From the NCBI RefSeq assembly GCF_009914755.1, contig NC_060933.1: 64,000 nt of DNA; one strand, given 5' to 3'. The translations under genes and the position numbers were made by a program. Each line of letters begins with the position of its first letter. Positions within the stretch are counted from its first letter, which is position 1. Below, piece by piece: positions 55,257 to 64,000 of this stretch. This DNA comes from the human T2T-CHM13v2.0 reference genome, Homo sapiens. The notes under the pieces were generated by a model. The model was not told where the DNA came from and searched no databases. It was given only the letters and a program-made list of their open reading frames with translations.

Positions 55257-56494
55257 TGATTTTTTTCAGGCCCCTGGTTCACTGTCGGTCTCTCATTGTG
55301 GCTCCCCCATCACAATGTAATAAATACTCCAGTGCCCATGTGAACTCCCGTTCAAACCGGATCCTTAGCAGTCTCAGTTCTCCAGGTGTTGTCCATCTCT
55401 GCACTCACCCCTGAAACTTCTCCACTACTGAGACCTCCACACCTCCCTCCTCTGCCTGGCCCCTGACCCCCATCCTCCTCTGCCAGTGAGGGTTGAGGTT
55501 GAGGAGAGCGAGGAGCGTCTACTTAACAGCTACATTTCTACCCAAAGCCTGTTCCAGGCAACCTAGGCCTTTTCTATCATGCGTCTCCAGATTTTTTTAG
55601 CCTCTGTTCACTGGTCAATTCCAAGGCCGCTTGCACACTTTTAGGCATTTGCTACAGCGGCGCCCTGCTTCCAGGTACCCAGGCCTGTGTTCGTTTTCTA
55701 TTGCTGCCGAAAGACATTCTGCCTCCCACAGCTTCCCTGCTCCGTCTTCCACCGGCAGGTCCCCGAGCCTGGATGGCTCCTGCCGTCTGTGTTCTCCATG
55801 CCTAGCTGCTGGGAGCCCAGGAGGCTGCACCCGCCTCTGGTGTGAGGCCACAGTCTGAGCCCTTAGCATGGTATCTGGAGCCAGAGATGTCCCCGGGCTC
55901 CTCTGCTGCCCAGCTGTGTGACCTCAGGCCAGACGTGTGCCCCTCTGAGCCTCAGCTTCCTTATCTGTGAAATGGGAACAATGATGTCACCCACACCTGA
56001 GGTGCAGGCGTGAGTGAGCAGAGTCCCATCACCCTGTTGAGTGGTGAGTGGCAGGTGAAACTCACTCCCCAGGGACCCCTGCCATGGGCCTTCCTTCTGC
56101 CCAGGTAGGAGGGCGGCCCTGGAACTAAGCCCTCACTCTGGTCAGGGAAGCTGGCTGGTGGGGTTCCCGTGGATCGGGCCGGGAGGAGGATTCTGGGTCT
56201 GGCTCTGTCCTGCAGGTGGCTCCCCGCAGGGCATCATGCTACCTGTGGCCCTCTCCTGCCTCGGTGGGAGCAGGGCAGGAAGATCGCCTTCCCCCTGAGG
56301 GCCTTGGGAGCCATCGAATGTGTAGGCAGGAGAGTGCCATGGTCAGGTGGGCTCGGACTGTCATAAGTTGGATGGGCCAGAGTGGGTCAGACTTGAGACT
56401 GAGTGACTTTCTTGGTCCCGGACAGAAAGGGTGAGGTATAAGTTAGGCGGTGGCTACAGGGAGGGAGGAATGGGATGGTGGTGATATAGGGGTT

Positions 56495-56925
<431 letters not shown>

Positions 56926-57559
56926 CTAGGGCACAAGCTAGAGTCATGAGACCCTTTGGGTCTGTGCAGGACCCCAGTGGAGTCAGACTCAGGCCTGGGG
57001 GTCCAGCAGTGTTGCTCCCTGCCCCCTGCCCAGGCTGGGGTGGCTTCCAGAACAGGGAGGCAGATGGAAGGTTTGAAGGGGACAGCAGTAAGGCTGAGAG
57101 GCAGGTACAGGGATGAGATGGAGAAGTGGCAGTGTGGGGCTCTGCAAACAGTGTGGGCTCTGTGGCTGCTGCCGTGGGCAAGGGCAGGCTGCTCTAGGCT
57201 TTTCAGTGGTGTGAGAGGCTACAGCTGCGTTGAAGCCTGAACCAGGCTCAAGGGCAGGGCTGTCTGCTACTGACTGCCTCTGCCCAAATCTCCTGGGGCA
57301 GCTTTGCAGGGCTCTGTGTCGGGGGGAAGGAGTGGACATCCCCTATTTGAGTGGGGCTGACACCTCTACCCAGGGCAGGTCCTGCAGCTGATCCCCCCAC
57401 AGTCTTGCATGCTGCAGACAAAGAGAATTTGCTGGGAGACAATGTCAAGTGTACAGAATGTTGGGGCTGAGGACCATCTCTCTGTGCTGGAACTCAGGCT
57501 GGAGGAGAGGCTGGGCCTTCGACGGTGGGAGTTTTCACCCTGAGCCCACAGACTTTCTC

Positions 57560-57902
57560 GACTTCAGATTTACAAATTGAAAATCATTAATAATTCTAAC
57601 CAGGCGGTGATAAATCTGAGATCTCTCTCGATGAACCCAGACAGCATTTCATAAATCAAAAAGATTACTTAGGAATTTTAAAAAATCTGACGTCAAAATG
57701 TCATGGTTACTAATGGTTTCGGTAGATCTCGTGCGGTGATATATCATTTATCTACGCTACATCTCAGATGTGACACAGGGGGCAGAAATGGGATGTCTTT
57801 TAATATCGTGAATACATTTCAGCCCATAATAAAGGTATTAACAACTTCTTGGTGCGATTTCTTCCAGAGCTGGGGGTCTGATTTAATGCCATTTTGACAG
57901 TG
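57560..57902. promoter_or_regulatory. Candidate downstream enhancer
   Basis: AT-rich, CpG-retaining island with PBX-HOX, MEIS and full CRE motifs. Confidence 0.6.
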
Positions 57903-58229
57903 GCTCCGCCTCGTCACTCCCCAAACTTCCCGAGGCCCTGTGTGGCCCTGGAAAATTCTGGAGAGGCTGAGATAGGGCTGCAGACCCCCATTCCCATGGG
58001 GGATAGGCTGGGTTGCTCAAATACAGCTCCTGCCCATAGGCGGAGACCCTAAGACACCCCTCACACTCCCCGAAAACAGGTCAGAAATCACCTAATTATA
58101 AGTAGCAGTGATCATAACTCCTATTAATTAAGCACTTACCATGTGCAGGCTATGTAACGCCTGATGTGCATTCGTTCACAGATTCCTCCCTGCTTCTCAT
58201 TTCTTTACAGGCCCAAAGTCCGGGGTGCC

Positions 58230-58665
58230 CTGCCCACCCCCACCTCTCTGTCCTGGTCTCCCTAGCCAGCCTCTCCAGGCACATGGGTCCTCTTCCTGCT
58301 CCTTGAACCCCTGCTGGGGCACGTCTGGCCTCAGGGCCTTTGCACGGGCTTGCCCTCTGTCTGGAACACTCTTCCCCAGGTAGCCATGTGGCTCCCTCCC
58401 CCACTGCTTCAAGTCTTTGCAGGAGTCTCACCTCTCAGAGGAGGCCTGCCCGGGCACCTTGTTCAATCCTGTAGCTGCCCCGGCGTCCTGCTCTCCTGTC
58501 CCTCCTGTCCCCGCATGGCTTGTCTGACACCTCCTATGTTCATGTGGGGTCTCTCTCTCCTCTGCTAGAAGGTCTGCTCAGGGAGGGCTGGGAGCCTTGT
58601 CTGTTCTGCTCGTTGCTGTGTTGAAAGCTTCTCAAACTACCCATGGCAGGCACTTAGTCAATGAA
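58230..58665 (+). mobile_element. L2 3' fragment
   Basis: ctcagggcctttgcac...ctggaacactcttcccca...ggcacttagtcaatg. Confidence 0.65.
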
Positions 58666-60966
58666 CAGTTGAACAGTTGAAAGTCCATCTTACAGAGAGG
58701 AAACTGAGGCTCAGAATGGGGCAGTCACCGGTCCAAAGCCACACAGTGGGAGAGAAGCAGAGCAAGGCTTCCCCTCAGGACTGCATCCCCTGAAAGGTGG
58801 CCCCCTCGCTGCACCATGGGGTGCCAAGTCCGGGAGGGGGTGCTCAGGGACCGCCCAGGACTGTGCAGATCCGGGCTGAGGGCAGGGAGGGCCCCTGTTC
58901 AGTGACCGTTCCGTGCCCCATCCTGATGGGTGTTCACCAGCCCAGGGGCACCCTAGAGGGCAGAGGGGTGACCTCACCTGCTCAGAGTCACCAGGCTGTG
59001 ATTCCAGGTCAGGAGGGACAGACAGAAGGGCCCTGCAGTCAGCCCTGTGCTGTCTGGGGCCTGGAGCAGAGTCCTATCTGCCTGCACCTCCCGGGGTGGC
59101 CCAGCGCAGGGTGTGTGGCAGCCCCTGGAGCCCCCAAACCCAGTTTCCATCCTGGCTCTGCCACCTTCTGCTGTGTGGCCTCGGGTGGGGCCTGTTTGTC
59201 TTGCCCTGTACTTTCTCCCCTGAGGAGCGGGGGTGGGATTCCTCTCCGCCCCTCAGGATTGGGAGGGGAGGCAATGAGATGAAGCAGTCAGAGCCCCCCG
59301 CATCAGTGAGTGCTCAAAACATAGTCCTTGCTCATGTTTTCTCCAACTCCCTTGCTGTGCAGCAGAACAGCCTAAGCCTGGGCCCAGAGAGGGACAGCGG
59401 CTCTCCCGTGGATGCCCAGCACATCCTGGGAGCATCCTTGGGGGCCCCAGTGGTGCAGTCTCTCTCCAGATGCCCCACCCCACCCACTGAGTTGGAAGTG
59501 ACCCTCAGCCCCTTGCACATGGGTTTGGAGACCCTGCAGCTCTCTCTGCCTTGGCTGCCAACAACTCTCAGTCACCACAGGAAAAACCTTGGTGGGCTGA
59601 TACTCAGAGGGGTCCCTGGGAGCTGGCACGGCCTGGTCAGGAGGCTAGAGGCTGGAGCAGGGATGTCCGGGGGCCCCTGGGAAGCAGGTGGGAGTGGAAA
59701 GTCAAGGGCCACGTTGCAATCCATAGGTGCCAGGCTGCCCCGCTGGGTCATGCACCACCGTTGTCAGCCGAGGCCTCCTGAAATGCCCTCCACCGGCAAC
59801 ACCCATGCGGGCCTAGCCCTCAGTCCCCCCACAGCTGCCAGTGGGATCTCTAGGAAATGCTGGCCTAACCTTCACTCCCTGGCTCCAAAGCTTTCCATGG
59901 CTGCTCGTGCCTGTGGGACAAAGGCAGGACTCCTTAGCTGCCTGCCCCTCAGGGTTCGTTTCCTACCGCCTGGCCTACCCTCCATGTGGCCTTCCAGAGC
60001 TCCAACCCCAACGCTCCAGGCAACATAACCCACCCTGTGGCTGCCCTCTCTGCAACCACCCTGACCCATCCCCGCTTCAGTTGATCACCCTCTGGGATCC
60101 TGGGACTAGGGATGGTCGCGGAGCAGGGCGGGCACCCTGGTAGACATGCCACATGGCAGGATCAGCTGGGGGAACTCTTCTGGGGGCTGGCGACACAGCA
60201 GGGAATGAAGCTGACCTTCTCGACAGAGCCCGCCACCCTCTGTCCCCGAGCCTTTCCTTGCACCTCCTTTCGTGGTTGTTTGTTTGGGGTCTTGCCCCAC
60301 CACCTCCCACTAACTTACAGGCACCGAGAGGGCGGCAGCCTGGGGTGGTCCCACCACTTGTTCCTGGTGTCTCCCAGACCTGGTGCTAAGTAGGTGCTCA
60401 GCCCTTGGGCCAGAGGGCCTGGGCCTTCATCCTGTGCTTCGCTGTTCTCAAACTCCACATCCGAAATAAACCTCTTCTCACCTCCTCCCTCTTGATCCAC
60501 CCTGGATCAAGCCAGGATTGTCGCAAAAGCTTCCCAAGTTCGTCTACCCAGGTGGCCTTCACCCATTCACCATTCTGCACCCAGCTGCCAGGGGGCTCCT
60601 CTCCAAGGCCCGAGCCAGGTCCCGCCCCTCCGTCACACCCTGCAATGCCCTCTGCGTCTCTGGTCCCTCTCTGACCTCCCTGTCCCCTCTGAGACCACAC
60701 TGGCCACCTCATCTTTGTGCTTGCAGATCCCTCTGCCCAGAGCTGCCCCCAGGCTCTCACACTCCCACACGACTCCCTGTTAAACATCCCCACCCCTGCA
60801 GCTCCCTCCCCCATCTCCACGGCATCACCATCTGGCACGCGCCACATTTTTATCTGTTTTGTTTAAAGTCTGTCTCTGCCACGAGAATGTCAGCTTTGTT
60901 GACCACTGTGTCCCCAGCGCCTGGAGGAGTTCCTGGCACACAGCGGGGACACCATAAAGATTTGCT

Positions 60967-61161
60967 TTTTTTTTTTTTTTTTTTTGAGATGTTGTCTCAC
61001 TCTGTCATCTAGGCTGGAGTGCAATGGCCTGATCTTGGCTCACTGAAACCTCTGCCCTTCAGGTTCCAGTGTTTCTTATGCCTCAGCCTCCTGAGTAGCT
61101 GGGCTACAGGTGCCCACCGCCATGCCCAGGTAAGTTATTTTTCGTTGTTGTTGGTGGTGGT

Positions 61162-61198
<37 letters not shown>

Positions 61199-61317
61199 TA
61201 GAGACGAAGTTTCACCATGTTGGTCAGGCTGGTGTCAAACTCCTGACCTCAGGTGATCCGCCCACCTTGGCTTCTCAAAGTGCTGGGATTATAGGCGTAA
61301 GCCACCACACCCAGCCA
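60967..61317 (-). mobile_element. AluS with an expanded linker
   Basis: Antisense dimer with a GTT/GGT/poly-T linker. Confidence 0.93.
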
Positions 61318-62741
61318 GATTTGTCTATTGAATGAAGTTGTTGAATACCTAAATGAAGGAATGAATGATGAATGATTCTGAAAAAGCAGGGAGACAAAGT
61401 CTTCATGATTTCTTTCCTCTGCATCCACCACCCCAAGTTCAGGGCCCAGGTGAGTATGAGACCCTTGGTAGTCCCCGTTTTCCCTTTTAGCCCCTGACTG
61501 ATCCCAGCACCCATCAGCTCCGGGATAAAGGAGCGGGGGCAGATCTGGATTTGAGTCCTGGCTCTGTCTCTTTCAAAGCAGTCACTCAACCCTTAGGAGC
61601 CTCAGTTTCTTGGTCTGTAAAATGTGGATTATGATACCTTCACCAACATTTATTGAGCATTCTCTATGAGCCAGGCCCCGGGCCTTCTTTCCAGGTTTGT
61701 TAAAAGGATAATGTGAGGTCAGGGCAGGGGCTCAGTGAAGAGAAATGAATGGGGGTCAGGATGCTTAAGAATGACAGGGTGCAGCCTCCCCCGGGGCATC
61801 TCACTTCTCTGGGCCCCATGCGGAGTGTGCAGCTTAATGAAGCCTTGCAGGTAAGGGAGAAACTTCACCAGCCCGCCTGCCTCCAGGAGGAGCAGCAGAA
61901 GCCCGGTCTTTGGTGTTCTAGGTGGTGCTGCTGCCTCAAAGCCACATGCTTGGAGGGGTGACTCTGTGCCAAGGTCACAAAGGAGATAGACGCAGAGAGC
62001 CCCCATCCCCTTCCTTCTCCCCCCGCCCATCCCACTGCCCGCTCGCCCACCCCGCAGCACCAGCCTGGGCCTCAGCAGTGGATGAGCCTGTCATACTAGG
62101 GACTTTTATCTCACACAATTGCTTCTGCCTCTTGATAGAGCTTCTCCTCACAAATCAAATCGACCCCAGGCAGGGAGAGTGAAAATCAATGCCTGGTGGA
62201 AAGTTCCCCACAGAAAACAGATTAGTTATTCTGGAAACTTCCTTAACCACAACAGGCTCTGGCATTCCCCCGGGCACAGGTCCGTTTGCCCAGGGCTCCA
62301 GGTGGTTGCCAGGAGGGCAGAGAGGAACAGAGGCCGGCCCAGCAGGGACCCAACCCCGGCCAGGGCTCTCCCAGGCTGGGGGACAGAGCGGGAGAAGGGG
62401 GAGGCTTGGAGTCACAGACCTGGGTTCAAGTCCAGGTCCACCACTTCCTTCTGGCTGCCCCTGGGCAAGTCACATCATCCTTCTGAGCCCTGGTTTCCAC
62501 TTTCGGAAAATGGGGCTCTCAGGAGTGTTCACCCTGCAGGACTGTTGTGGGATGGTAGGTCACGTGTGCACAACACCCAGTGGACGACAGGCTGCCAATG
62601 GAGGAGGCAGAGTGCACTTCCCAGGGTTCTCGTCTGGGCAGAGGGCTGCATCCCCTGGCTCTCTCTGTGGATAATGGTTCTTACAGCCGTTTCCATGGAC
62701 TGAGTCCTCCCTTGGTGCCTGGGGATTACTTTGTGTCGTGA

Positions 62742-63111
<370 letters not shown>

Positions 63112-63314
63112 TGAGGAGACTGTGGCTCTGGGCAGTGGAGAAACTCATCCTGGGTCACATAACTGGGAACCACTAATCCCAAGGGGTCTGAGAGCCACTC
63201 TGGGACTCTTCCCGATGCCCTGGGCCTCCCTGGGCATGCATCTTCCTACAGGATCCCAGCTTGCTCCCGTCATGGCCGCTGGGCCCTGCCTGGCGACTCT
63301 AACCCTCCCCGAAG

Positions 63315-63740
63315 TGACATCGATATAAATATTGTTAATGGCCCGAACATAATGTTAAGTCAGGTTTTACTGGACTCCCTCGTCCAGCCCGTGGATTTAT
63401 GGCGATAGGATTTGAGGTAAATGTTTATTGGCCCAAGTGAGAGCCAGGACTTCCTCTCTCCCAACCGCCGGCTCCCCAGGGCTGCCCAAGGGCTCTTGGT
63501 CCACCTGCTGAGAGCACATCGGGATAAATCTCCCCGAATGAAATATTTATTAATTTTGTTAACTAGTGTTGATCTCATAAATTACACCGACTTTTTCATG
63601 AAACGGTTATTAACATCCATGGCGCTGTGTTAATGGCTTATTGACCAAATATGGGATAATTAGGCCTGGGGAGCGTGGCCTGGCTGATCTGCAAGAGGCC
63701 AATTTGGCCAGGATTATGCCAATGACCTATTTTATGTTGC
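63315..63740. promoter_or_regulatory. Candidate downstream enhancer
   Basis: AT-rich, CpG-retaining island with multiple HOX/CDX motifs. Confidence 0.55.
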
Positions 63741-64000
63741 AGCCAGCGACATGGGAGATTCTGGAGCCTGGGCTTTGGAAAGCTGGGATCTTCAGGGGGG
63801 CTCCTGACCTGGAGCACTCTGACCCCTGCCCTTGGCCTGGCCCAGCAGCCTTCCCTGGGGTGGCTAGTGCTGCTCCCCAGCAAGGGAAGGGGGAAGTGGG
63901 ACCCCCCACTCCAAGGCATGCCCTGGCCTCCATCCTGCTCTTAGCTCTGGGAGCTGGTGTTGCCAGGGGCAGAGGAGGGAACAGGCCCAGAGGGGTTGTC

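Noticed and set aside
54310-55320. 336-aa, 228-aa and 203-aa ORFs
   Set aside because: They are products of an in-register trinucleotide array that lacks stop codons; there is no domain or gene structure.
58913-60028. 371-aa ORF, the longest in the track
   Set aside because: GTG start, GC-rich low-stop sequence, overlaps MIR-like text, and has no recognisable domain.

Overview
Primate (Alu-rich, most likely human) genomic DNA containing the 3' half of PBX3, a TALE-class homeobox gene, on the + strand. Five coding exons are readable with canonical GT-AG boundaries and consistent phases: 4851-4986, 30062-30227, 31479-31591, 32389-32478 and 35209-35301. They correspond to exons 5-9 in the usual PBX numbering and are followed by a ~1.45 kb 3'UTR ending near AATAAA at 36730. 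The ~25 kb intron that splits the homeodomain and the ~27 kb of downstream intergenic DNA are filled with Alu, L1, L2, MIR, THE1 and MER5 elements. Almost all ORFs in the supplied track are repeat-derived or spurious. The main points of interest are: (1) a 63-nt, stop-free, in-frame cassette exon at 18735-18797 that would insert 21 aa into the homeodomain recognition helix; (2) the dual-frame exon 7/8 switch, whose short-isoform stop lies 43 nt from the last junction, with a decoy acceptor upstream of exon 7; (3) several AT-rich, repeat-free islands dense in PBX-HOX/HOX/MEIS motifs, suggesting an auto- or cross-regulatory enhancer array; (4) templated-insertion scars and nested inverted repeats. 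Repeat subfamily calls and boundaries were made by eye and are approximate.
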